A stretch of DNA of 59,459 nucleotides, from NCBI GenBank assembly GCA_026414265.1, contig JAOAJI010000001.1, positions 4,009 through 63,467 on the forward strand, in the 5' to 3' direction. The notes beneath the pieces were generated by a model that was not told where the DNA came from, searched no databases, and saw only the letters and a list, made by a program, of their open reading frames with translations. This DNA comes from Candidatus Micrarchaeota archaeon (GTDB lineage: Archaea > Micrarchaeota > Micrarchaeia > Anstonellales > SKW190). Made by a program: the position numbers and the translations under genes. This document shows, piece after piece, positions 46,190 through 55,366 of the stretch. Positions within the stretch are counted from its first letter, which is position 1. Each line of letters begins with the position of its first letter.

Positions 46190-48298
46190 ATGGCAATTGA
46201 CGATAGTGGCAATGCTCAAGAAAATGAAGAAAAAAAGAAAAATGAAGCAATTGAAGAAATTTTATCATTAAAAGATCCGAGCAAGAAAGAATCGAATAAA
46301 GGCACTGAAGAAAAAGGAAACAAAGAGAATCAAGGAAGCACACGTACAGAAACAAAAACACAAATTGAAAATTCAGTAGATAATCAGATACACCCATTGG
46401 TAGAGCTTCAGGAGATAAGAGAAAGGTGCCAAAGATTAGGGAATTTCAGCACTAAAGCAAGAAGTGCTATTCTTTTTTTAAGCAATTTCCATGCCTGGGC
46501 TCTAAAACAAGTCTTAAATCATGTGAATGGAATACAAACTAAAGATCAACAAATAGAACCAGTTCAACAACCAAATCAAAAGAGTTTTGGAAAGGTAATT
46601 GCTGGTGTTGTTGTTCTACCAGGAATGACAATGGCTTTAGGGCATCTCTTACCTGCAACTGGCTCGATCTTTGGCATGTTTACAATCCCGTATGCTCCAA
46701 TCATAAAAATTGGATTTGGAATTGCAGGCTCTGCACTAGCCTTGAAAAATCTGAGCGATGTCTTGGCTTTCAAGAGGGTTGATAAGAGAACCACTAATGT
46801 AATGGAAGAAATAGAAGAGTTGTTAAATGAACAAAATGAAAAGATAATAGAAGAGGACATTAGAGATTACGCAAAAGCGTTGGCTGAGAGATTAGTGAAC
46901 TTAGCAGCGCATGGGAATAACTCATTAAACTCTACTCAGCAACAAAACGATAACTCGATTGAATCTATTATGAATAGAGGATTAGGAACACTCAATTCAT
47001 TGATACAAAGGTATAAAACAGATAATCAAAACTATCAAGAATTTGATGCAAATAAACTTCTGTTAGAAGAGATAGAAAAGTCGAGAAGAAAAGGGAGAAT
47101 TTTTGCATGGCTAAGATTCTTCGGCTCTTTGATTGGAGGAATTGTTGGTGCATTTGGATTAAGGGCTTTGTTTGGCTTATTTGATAATCATGACCAAACC
47201 ATACAGCATAAACAAGGAATACAAACAGAAGAGAAGATTACAGAGACCCAAAATAGTGCAAAATTAACTGAGAGCACTAATCAAGAACAACTACAATCAA
47301 ATACTGCAAACCAAAGTTTGTCTAAACCTACTCAAACCCATGCAGTAGAAGAAAAAATATCTAGTGATAGAGAAATTAAAATAAACAAAAGCGATCAACC
47401 TATTCCTAAAACAGAAACTTTGCCTGAAACAAACAAACAGCAAATGAGTGGAAACGTGCCAATTAATAAACCAATAACAGATACTAAAGATATAATCGCA
47501 CCGTTAACTCCACCTAAAGCTACTGTACCTGAAATAGTATTCCAGCCACCTGAAATGCCAAAATTGATAGACCCTTTTGAATTACCTAAAGACGATACAG
47601 TTACAGAAGACAGTACTACTCAACACTATGAATCTTACAAAAGTGCAGAAGGTATCAAACCATTGAATAGTAAGACAGTATCAGAAGCTATAGATCCTTT
47701 GGCAATGAACAGAATCAGCGAAGAAGAAATTCTAGAGGCATCAAGAGGCAAAGTTTCTGCTGAAGAATTACTTGACAAAGATAGCGTACAAACAACTACA
47801 GCAAAAACAGATGACATTAGAAAACTTATTCAATACATAGAAGAAAACAAAGATAGGATAGATGGAAAAACCTTTGAAGAAATAGTTAAAAACGCAAAAT
47901 TAGAGGATAACGAAATTGCTGAACAAGTAATCAAAAGCTTCCAAGAAAAACAAGGAAAATTAAATGACGAAAGCTTGGACAACTTCAAGAGACTTGGAAA
48001 GATAGATCCAGATGCATTGACAAGACACGTAGAAACTATGAAAGAAAGTAGAGGAGTTGAAGAAAAGGCTTATGATATTTTTGAAAACAAAATCCTACCT
48101 AAAGATGTAAGAAATGCATTTGACGAAATGGATACAAGAAGATATGAATTATCAAACTCATTCAAGGATGCAAAAATACCTGGGAATGACGAACATGACT
48201 TGCAGAAGTACAGAGCGGCTGAACAGAAATTGAGAGAAGCAAACACAACTCTCAGAAATTTGAGCGAAAAATATATGAATCATAAACTAACCAAATAA
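46190..48298 (+). CDS. 702-aa coiled-coil/membrane protein, the intact paralog of 39639-41697
   Basis: Charged N-terminus, Gly-rich hydrophobic segments (GKVIAGVVVLPGMTMALG..., FGSLIGGIVGAFGL), a polar Q/T/P-rich spacer, and a conserved C-terminal domain (IRKLIQYIEENK...FEEIVKNAKL...IDPDALTRHVE). Confidence 0.7.
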   Translation: MAIDDSGNAQENEEKKKNEAIEEILSLKDPSKKESNKGTEEKGNKENQGSTRTETKTQIENSVDNQIHPLVELQEIRERCQRLGNFSTKARSAILFLSNFHAWALKQVLNHVNGIQTKDQQIEPVQQPNQKSFGKVIAGVVVLPGMTMALGHLLPATGSIFGMFTIPYAPIIKIGFGIAGSALALKNLSDVLAFKRVDKRTTNVMEEIEELLNEQNEKIIEEDIRDYAKALAERLVNLAAHGNNSLNSTQQQNDNSIESIMNRGLGTLNSLIQRYKTDNQNYQEFDANKLLLEEIEKSRRKGRIFAWLRFFGSLIGGIVGAFGLRALFGLFDNHDQTIQHKQGIQTEEKITETQNSAKLTESTNQEQLQSNTANQSLSKPTQTHAVEEKISSDREIKINKSDQPIPKTETLPETNKQQMSGNVPINKPITDTKDIIAPLTPPKATVPEIVFQPPEMPKLIDPFELPKDDTVTEDSTTQHYESYKSAEGIKPLNSKTVSEAIDPLAMNRISEEEILEASRGKVSAEELLDKDSVQTTTAKTDDIRKLIQYIEENKDRIDGKTFEEIVKNAKLEDNEIAEQVIKSFQEKQGKLNDESLDNFKRLGKIDPDALTRHVETMKESRGVEEKAYDIFENKILPKDVRNAFDEMDTRRYELSNSFKDAKIPGNDEHDLQKYRAAEQKLREANTTLRNLSEKYMNHKLTK

Positions 48299-48300
48299 AT

Positions 48301-48882
48301 TCACAGATCAACATTGTCAAACTTTTTCAAATAATTAAGACAAGTATTTTTTATTTCTTTAGTTGGAATAACAACCACTATGCCTTCATTAGGTTGACCA
48401 TAACATAGTAATTGATGCTCTTGCATCAACACCATAATGGGCAATGCAACTAGATCCTCTTCTCCGATTATTCTTATAACGATTGGTTCATAATTAGATA
48501 TAGTTTTCTTATCGTGAAATTGATTAATCAAAAATTTAATCAATGACTTGTTTAGCATTCCAGGTGGATTTTCAAAAACGAATTGGTTCTTGAATTTATT
48601 ATTCAACATTTCTTTAGATTTTTCGTCTAATTCTTTTCTCATGGTCTTAAAATCAAAAACTACCATGGAACAATTAAAACCTAAATCAATTAACTTAAGA
48701 ATTGTTGAGTCACCTACTGCAATTATATCACGTCCATTCAATTGTTCTTTGACGACATCGTCTGATTTGATCACAGTACCAAAAGGTTCTCTTAATTTAT
48801 CTCTCAAATAATCCGGTAATTTAAAGAATTTAGAATCATTTATCATAATGAGTTGTAAGAGTTTGTCACAATAAGATTTCAT
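48301..48882 (-). CDS. DUF359-type GTP-dependent dephospho-CoA kinase (archaeal)
   Basis: IIAVGDSTILKLIDLGFNCSMVVFDFKTMRKE matches the VGD...D.KT.R signature of the family, and the size is right. Confidence 0.55.
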   Translation of the reverse strand: MKSYCDKLLQLIMINDSKFFKLPDYLRDKLREPFGTVIKSDDVVKEQLNGRDIIAVGDSTILKLIDLGFNCSMVVFDFKTMRKELDEKSKEMLNNKFKNQFVFENPPGMLNKSLIKFLINQFHDKKTISNYEPIVIRIIGEEDLVALPIMVLMQEHQLLCYGQPNEGIVVVIPTKEIKNTCLNYLKKFDNVDL

Positions 48883-48944
48883 ACAAAGTTATATGAAAGT
48901 ATAAAAATAAAAATTAAATAATTGAATTAGCTGATGTGAAATTG

Positions 48945-49160
48945 ATGAAATGTGAAGACGATGACTGCTATGAAACTGAAAATTTAATTGAATGTGTTTA
49001 CTGTAAAAAATTTTTTTGTAGAATGCACATCAAACCTTTACTTCCTTTAGAGTACAAGTTCCTCAAAAGGTATTTAGAAGATGACAAACACGAATTGATA
49101 AAGAAAGTGGAATTAAAAATGGGCCATTTCTGCAGAGAATACGCAAGATATATTGCATGA
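48945..49160 (+). CDS. Small AN1-like zinc-finger protein
   Basis: C-x4-C-x8-C-x2-C-x4-C-x2-H spacing in CEDDDCYETENLIECVYCKKFFCRMH, plus a distal H..C. Confidence 0.5.
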   Translation: MKCEDDDCYETENLIECVYCKKFFCRMHIKPLLPLEYKFLKRYLEDDKHELIKKVELKMGHFCREYARYIA

Positions 49161-49165
49161 TTTAA

Positions 49166-50131
49166 TCAAAACAACTTCGTTATCAAAACCCCAACTAGAA
49201 TCGCTAATATCATTGATGGAATTATAGCAACCAGTGCAGGAAAAACAGTCCTTCTTTTCATGAGTGCTTCAAGCATTATATTAACAGAGAATATGCCTAT
49301 GATCAAACTCAATAGCAATCCCACTAGACCGTTAGCAAAGAAATTGATCGTTGTAAGTGTTGAAAACATAACAAGATCACCGCTACCTAAGTCGACTCTA
49401 CTGTAAACCCTTTCTTGGGATTCTATACGTTTTAAAATTAGTTCTGCATCCTTTTGCTCAATTCTATTAGTCTTAATATCAGATTCTATCATTTCCTTAG
49501 CTTTTTCTTTTTCAATCTCAACGTACGAGGTCACGGTCATAGGTAAATTATATTTAACTATGTTTTCTGCAAAATACACCATGTGCTTTGTTACGAAAAC
49601 AGAAACAATATCATAAACTAGTAAAAATAGCGAGAATATTATGATGGTCGTGAAATCGAAAACCAACAGAATAATGATTGCTATACCTGTTGCACTTATA
49701 ATGGCCATCAAATCTTTAAGAACAACGTACTTTTGTTTAAGAAAGTAAACAATAATCGTGAGCAAAATAGAACCAATTATGAGCAACAGAATATCAAATT
49801 GCATGAATAGAGGCAGTAACATCGAATAAAAAAATGTCAAACTGGGAAAAAAGAAAACTAGAAATTCGAAAGACATGGCAACTTTCTTGACATGCAGAAA
49901 CTTAAACAGAATAATCATGAAAATCGTTACAAAAACTAAATTCACTATCAAAGAAATCCAATTTATTTCACTGTATGATTGTTCTATTTCCTCTTCGATA
50001 ACAGATCTCAAAGCATTACCTGAAGAGCTAATATGATTATACAATCCAAATATTGTCAACATTGTAGAGATGAGCAGGTAAACGAGAATCCTATTTTTAC
50101 CAACTAGTAAATCTTTAAAAAAATCATTCAT
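49166..50131 (-). CDS. Presenilin/signal-peptide-peptidase-type intramembrane aspartyl protease (PSH-like)
   Basis: YD motif (LLVYDIVSVF), GxGD motif (LGSGDLV) and PAL motif (FPALVAIIP), in TM helices in the canonical order. Confidence 0.75.
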   Translation of the reverse strand: MNDFFKDLLVGKNRILVYLLISTMLTIFGLYNHISSSGNALRSVIEEEIEQSYSEINWISLIVNLVFVTIFMIILFKFLHVKKVAMSFEFLVFFFPSLTFFYSMLLPLFMQFDILLLIIGSILLTIIVYFLKQKYVVLKDLMAIISATGIAIIILLVFDFTTIIIFSLFLLVYDIVSVFVTKHMVYFAENIVKYNLPMTVTSYVEIEKEKAKEMIESDIKTNRIEQKDAELILKRIESQERVYSRVDLGSGDLVMFSTLTTINFFANGLVGLLLSLIIGIFSVNIMLEALMKRRTVFPALVAIIPSMILAILVGVLITKLF

Positions 50132-50152
50132 AGTACCACTGAAAAGTTTCTG

Positions 50153-52252
50153 TTAAGCCTGGTCAACTAATCTATACTTCCCATACGTTACCATGTAAAG
50201 TTCTCCTTTCTTCTCTAAATCATCAATGATTTTTCTTGTAGTTGAAGAATCTATAGAATATCTTTCTTCTGCTGTTTTAATTAATTGCTTTTCGTCTATT
50301 TCATTAAATTTAGTGAAAAGCTCTCTTGCTATTTCAATTATTATATTGTATTTATCAAGCATTGATTTCGGCTTTCCTATAGTTATCATATCTATGTCTA
50401 TCCTCCCAGTCTCTCTGTCAACCAAAATCCTGTTTAAAACGAAGTCCATTAAAGAAATTGCCCTTTTAGCATCTGATTCTTCGACTATTTTGGACATCCT
50501 CAGTTTCGCACTTGCCTCGCTCAACCTTATCAAGCCTTCTATTTGCCTTGGAGTTATAGGCACTGCACCTTGTGATTTACCTATTTTTCTTAACTCAACA
50601 TAATAATCCCTTATAATCTTCATAGCCTCTTCTGATAAAACAGGCCTAACATTCTTTCTCATATATGCAATATATTTTCTTAGAATCTCTGGAGAGATTA
50701 TATCGTCATCTGTTATTTCAGAGTATTTTTCAGGTATTGCTTCTGCACCCAATTGATGCCTTTTCAAAATGAACTCAGCTAACGTAGAGTCCTTTTGCTC
50801 GTCCATGACGTCGATAACAGGGAAAATCAAATCAAACCTTGATAGAATTGTTGGAGGGATATCAAATTGGTCTGCTGGAGGTTTGTTTGGATCAAACCTA
50901 CCTCTTTTAGGATTTGCTGCAGCCAAGATCGCTGTTTTAGCCTTGAATTTTGCAACTATGCCTGCTTTCGCTATGCTCACTGATTGTGATTCCATGACCT
51001 CGTGCATCGCAGCCCTTTCGTTTTCATCAATTTTGTCGAATTCGTCAATGCAAGCTATTCCTCCAGAAGCCAGTACCAAAGCACCTGCTTTCAGAGTCCA
51101 GCCGCCTTCACTCAACTCATCTCTTTCTGCAGAGGCAGTTAAACCAACACCAGTAATACTCTTTCCGCTAACAAATATGCACTTAGGAGCTATTTGCTCT
51201 ACTTGTTGTAAAAACCTTGTTTTCGCAGTTCCAGGATCGCCTATCAATAACAAGTGAATGTCTTCACGCATTTTTGTCCCCAAAACGTCTTTGTCTTTGG
51301 TACCTCCAAACAACTGCAGAGCAATCGCTAATTTTACTTCTTCATGACCATATATCATTGGTGCTATTGATTTCGTAATCTTTTCAACGATTCTTGGATC
51401 TCTTGCAAGAGCTAAAATCTCTTTCTCGTCATCTTCAGAAATCTCGATTTCCTCAAAATCTTTTTGTGTATGAGAGAAATTGATAACCTCAACGTATTTT
51501 GTGTAATTGTTTGTTTTTTTGCCTTTCCTCAAGTTTATTACAGGCCTTATTCGCATTATTCCTGTTACTATGACATTATCACCTGGATTAATAGTGTTAA
51601 CCAAATCGTCTTCAAATATCAATTCAATTTTTGCCGCTGGTGTTCCTCCTCTAACTCGTTCTAGAATTTCCTGTGCCTCAGCCCTCTGCAAATCGATGAA
51701 ATTAGACGATTTTTCATCTAGTTGAAGCGCAGGCTTTTTACATACATCACATCTCACAGGAAGCTCTGTGTTCTTCAAAACATGGAACTTTTGCGTAGAA
51801 TTGCATAAAGAGCATCTCAAAACTGCTTTTTCTACTCTATGCAATACCTCAGTTCTCTTAGTAATGAGTGCTTTGAAAGTTACCAAGCCATCAATGTTTT
51901 CAGATTTTATGTTCTGAATCAATAGATTCCTGTCTGGCCAGTTCTTTAATCTTATGTTAGGCTCGAAATCTTCTAATCCAAGGTCAACACCATGTTTTTT
52001 TAGCTCTTCCTTGGCCAACTCCAAAACTAAATCAGGGTTTGCTTCTAACGCATCTATCAAAACAGGACTGAACAATTCCATTTCCCTATAGTCTATGTAA
52101 AAACTTTTTTTATCAGGGTAATAGGCTAAAAAGTCCTCGATTCTCTTTTTCAGAATGGTTGAAAAGAACTTTTCCCATACTTCAGCTATCGTATCTACAT
52201 CTAAATTAAATACTTCGATATTTTTTGTTCTCATAAAATCAAGCTTGAGCAA
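50153..52252 (-). CDS. mcm: MCM replicative helicase
   Basis: Zn ribbon CSLC...CDVC, Walker A GDPGTAKT, Walker B CIDEFDK, arginine finger SRFDLIF, and a C-terminal wH. Confidence 0.95.
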   Translation of the reverse strand: MLKLDFMRTKNIEVFNLDVDTIAEVWEKFFSTILKKRIEDFLAYYPDKKSFYIDYREMELFSPVLIDALEANPDLVLELAKEELKKHGVDLGLEDFEPNIRLKNWPDRNLLIQNIKSENIDGLVTFKALITKRTEVLHRVEKAVLRCSLCNSTQKFHVLKNTELPVRCDVCKKPALQLDEKSSNFIDLQRAEAQEILERVRGGTPAAKIELIFEDDLVNTINPGDNVIVTGIMRIRPVINLRKGKKTNNYTKYVEVINFSHTQKDFEEIEISEDDEKEILALARDPRIVEKITKSIAPMIYGHEEVKLAIALQLFGGTKDKDVLGTKMREDIHLLLIGDPGTAKTRFLQQVEQIAPKCIFVSGKSITGVGLTASAERDELSEGGWTLKAGALVLASGGIACIDEFDKIDENERAAMHEVMESQSVSIAKAGIVAKFKAKTAILAAANPKRGRFDPNKPPADQFDIPPTILSRFDLIFPVIDVMDEQKDSTLAEFILKRHQLGAEAIPEKYSEITDDDIISPEILRKYIAYMRKNVRPVLSEEAMKIIRDYYVELRKIGKSQGAVPITPRQIEGLIRLSEASAKLRMSKIVEESDAKRAISLMDFVLNRILVDRETGRIDIDMITIGKPKSMLDKYNIIIEIARELFTKFNEIDEKQLIKTAEERYSIDSSTTRKIIDDLEKKGELYMVTYGKYRLVDQA

Positions 52253-52335
52253 ATACTTATTGCATAGAAAATTTTAAAATCACATAAAGCAAAAAAAGGT
52301 TTTTATTGTGAAAATGAGACATAGCATAGATAAGG

Positions 52336-53976
52336 ATGTATGAATTACTAATGAAAAGTAAGGCAAAAAAAAACTCATCTATAGTTGTAATAATAATATT
52401 GTTTCTTGCCAACTTACTTTTATCACAAGTATCTCTAACTTTGGACAAAAGCGTTTATTACAGAGGAGAAGTTATTTATCTTAACATAACCAACGTAGGT
52501 AATTCTAATTATTCGTTTTCTCAATGCAGTAATTTCCTAATACCACTAGTTTTTCGAATATACGATAAAGACGGTAATCAGATTCATCTGTTTGACCAAA
52601 GAAACGTGTCTTGCACTACCTTTGTTCTAGAACCTAATGATTATATTTACTTTGCATGGAACCAAGAAAATTTTGTGAACAACCAATTCTACAATAATTT
52701 AAAGAGTGGTATTTATACAGTTAGAGTTATCGACTCAAATGGTAAGGTCATAAACACAACGAACTTCAGAATAGTAGAACCTCAGGCAGATAGAATAGTT
52801 TTCAGAGCAAGTAAAAAGAACTACATGAAAGGGGAAAAAATCGAATTTCTTATAATAAATAACGCAACTTATGACGTAGAATACTTGACATGCAATCTGG
52901 ATTTGAAGATCTACGATAAATACAATGCACAACTGAACATCCATAAGCCAAATTTTAAGTGCAACGCAGACACAAAGAAAGTAAGTAAAAATAGCGTAGA
53001 AGTAGTAGCTTCATGGAACCAGGAATTTTATGACCTAAGAGCAAATACGTTCATAGCAGAACCTGGAGATTATAGAGCCGAATTCCTGGGTTTTTCAACC
53101 TCATTCACCATTCTCCCTGAAGAAGAACTCGGAAAAAAATTTTCTATCAGGACAAACAAATACCAATATGAGAATAACGAAGAGGTTGAGATATACTTGA
53201 CTAACTTGGGAAACATTAACATACAGTTTTCTGTTTGCGGAATAAATGAACTAAAAATCTTTGACGAGAACAGAAAACAATTGAGACTACATGAAAAAGA
53301 ACTGATCAATTGTCAAGCAAAAGCTACTGTTTTACCTGGCAAGACAGTTACATTAGCAACATGGAACTTAACACATTACCTGTGTGATCAAAACAATAAA
53401 TGCTACAGATACAAGGTGCCAGGAGGAAAATACTACATACAATTTGAAAATAACGAAATAGAAATCATGGTAAAAACAAGGTCTGATGAAACCATAAAAG
53501 AAAAGCCGCCATTCCCTTCTCTAAACAATTTCAAGTTATTTAACATAACGCTGAAAAACGGATGGAATATGATAAGTTTACCTATGATAGGACAAAAAAG
53601 TATAATTTCAAACAATTGTTCAACTGAAGTTGTTTTCGAATTCACTAAAAACAGTTTCGAAATAAGGAACATAAGCAATTTAGAGCACAACAAAGGCTAC
53701 TTCGCATATAACTTTGCTAACGAGTGCACCATAACCTTTATAGGGAATAATTACTTAACGAAATCAGCTTATTCATATAAACTCAATAAGGGCTGGAACT
53801 TGATAGGAAGTTCTTACGATGTGATAAGAAAAGAAGAGCTCAAAGGTTGCAGTATTTTGTCTAACATCATAACCTATTCTAATGTCAACAAAGACTATGT
53901 AAAAGCAGATTACCTAGAACCTGGAAAAGCATACTGGATTCTGGTTAACAATGATTGTGACCTAAAGATAGGTTAA
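52336..53976 (+). CDS. Secreted/surface protein with three tandem beta-sandwich repeats of about 110 aa plus a C-terminal domain
   Basis: Signal/TM segment, then three repeats sharing (K..Y..GE.I.....N.G.......C......I.D........H........C.......P)....W. These loosely resemble BsuPI-type domains. Confidence 0.6.
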   Translation: MYELLMKSKAKKNSSIVVIIILFLANLLLSQVSLTLDKSVYYRGEVIYLNITNVGNSNYSFSQCSNFLIPLVFRIYDKDGNQIHLFDQRNVSCTTFVLEPNDYIYFAWNQENFVNNQFYNNLKSGIYTVRVIDSNGKVINTTNFRIVEPQADRIVFRASKKNYMKGEKIEFLIINNATYDVEYLTCNLDLKIYDKYNAQLNIHKPNFKCNADTKKVSKNSVEVVASWNQEFYDLRANTFIAEPGDYRAEFLGFSTSFTILPEEELGKKFSIRTNKYQYENNEEVEIYLTNLGNINIQFSVCGINELKIFDENRKQLRLHEKELINCQAKATVLPGKTVTLATWNLTHYLCDQNNKCYRYKVPGGKYYIQFENNEIEIMVKTRSDETIKEKPPFPSLNNFKLFNITLKNGWNMISLPMIGQKSIISNNCSTEVVFEFTKNSFEIRNISNLEHNKGYFAYNFANECTITFIGNNYLTKSAYSYKLNKGWNLIGSSYDVIRKEELKGCSILSNIITYSNVNKDYVKADYLEPGKAYWILVNNDCDLKIG

Positions 53977-53979
53977 AAT

Positions 53980-54663
53980 ATGGAAAGTAAATTCGCAATG
54001 ATTGAAAATAACTTAAACAATATTAACTTAAAGGTTAGAGAGGCATGCGAATACTACAACATCGACTTTAATAAAGTAAAGATCTTGCCTGTAACCAAGT
54101 TCGTTAAAGATAGAGAAATCTTTGAGTTCCTAATTTCTAAAAACTACAAAGAATTTGGAGAGAATTATTACCAAGAACTCGAACAAAAAGCTAATTTGAT
54201 GAAAAATGTAACCTTTCATTTCATCGGGCACATACAATCAAACAAAGTAAAAAAGCTTTGTCAAATTAGTAATCTAAAATACGTGCACTCGCTATGTAGA
54301 AAAAAAATCGCTGAACTATTTGCGCATTACCAAGAGCATCAAATCAAATTTTTCATTCAAGTGGATTACACAAAAAAAGAAAACAGGAATGGAATAGAAG
54401 AAGATAAAGTGTTTGAGTTCTATGATTATTGCAAATCTTTGGGATTGGACATAATTGGCTTAATGACTTATCCTTTGGAACATCAAGCAGAAGAGAGTTA
54501 CTCTAAACTCTCTGAACTAAAGAAAAAATTGGAGAAAGAAAAGAGAGCCAAAGTATTGTTATCTGCTGGAACAAGCAGTGATTTTGAATTAGCTATAAAA
54601 TACAATACAGACATACTCAGAATAGGAAGAGCTATTTTCAAAAACATAAGTAATAACTTTTAG
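53980..54663 (+). CDS. YggS-family pyridoxal-phosphate homeostasis protein
   Basis: ILPVTKFV (PLP Lys), FGENYYQE and HFIGHIQSNKVKK. Confidence 0.85.
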   Translation: MESKFAMIENNLNNINLKVREACEYYNIDFNKVKILPVTKFVKDREIFEFLISKNYKEFGENYYQELEQKANLMKNVTFHFIGHIQSNKVKKLCQISNLKYVHSLCRKKIAELFAHYQEHQIKFFIQVDYTKKENRNGIEEDKVFEFYDYCKSLGLDIIGLMTYPLEHQAEESYSKLSELKKKLEKEKRAKVLLSAGTSSDFELAIKYNTDILRIGRAIFKNISNNF

Positions 54664-55313
54664 CGCTTCTCAAGTGGAAAATATTCATGGAATTTGTCAA
54701 CCACGTCCTTGTAAGAACTCACAACAAATTTAGCGGATTTACTTACTTTTTCATCCTTTGGATTGTATGCAATAGAGATGTCTGCAGATTTAAGCATGCT
54801 TATGTCCTGGAGATTATCGCCTATCGCAACAGAAATATCTGCATTGAACTTGCTCTTTAGATCAGTTAAAAGTCTGCCTTTCCAGTCATTGGGAGAATAT
54901 TTTCCATACACGGGCAAAACTTCTTTTAGTTTGTTATCAGATAATACAAAGCTATGAGCATAAACAAAATCAAAACATAAATCATTTACCTTAATAAAAT
55001 GGTTTATCAAATCAAGATAACCATCAGATAATATACCTATTTTTGAATCTAATTCTCTGAATTTGTATATTAATTCCTTGACGTAAGGAATCAAATGCAT
55101 TTTTTCAGCAGCTTTTGATAAAATTGAACTCTCATAACCCAGTAACTCGTTAGCTATAAGAATGAATCTTTCTTTTGGATCAGAATTAATTAATAAACTC
55201 TCTAAATGTTTTCTTTTATTAATTATATCCCCAATAACACTTATCGATCTTGGTTCTGCAATAGTCTCATCAAAGTCAAAAACTACTAGTAACTTAACGC
55301 TTTTTGAACCCAC
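54660..55313 (-). CDS. HAD-superfamily hydrolase (phosphoserine phosphatase-like)
   Basis: Motif I VVFDFDETI, motif II ILSDG, motif III/IV K...GDNLQD. GTG start. Confidence 0.6.
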   Translation of the reverse strand: MGSKSVKLLVVFDFDETIAEPRSISVIGDIINKRKHLESLLINSDPKERFILIANELLGYESSILSKAAEKMHLIPYVKELIYKFRELDSKIGILSDGYLDLINHFIKVNDLCFDFVYAHSFVLSDNKLKEVLPVYGKYSPNDWKGRLLTDLKSKFNADISVAIGDNLQDISMLKSADISIAYNPKDEKVSKSAKFVVSSYKDVVDKFHEYFPLEKR

Positions 55314-55366
55314 GGTTAACTATAATTGCGAAATTAATTAAATTACTTTTATCAATAAGGATTGTT

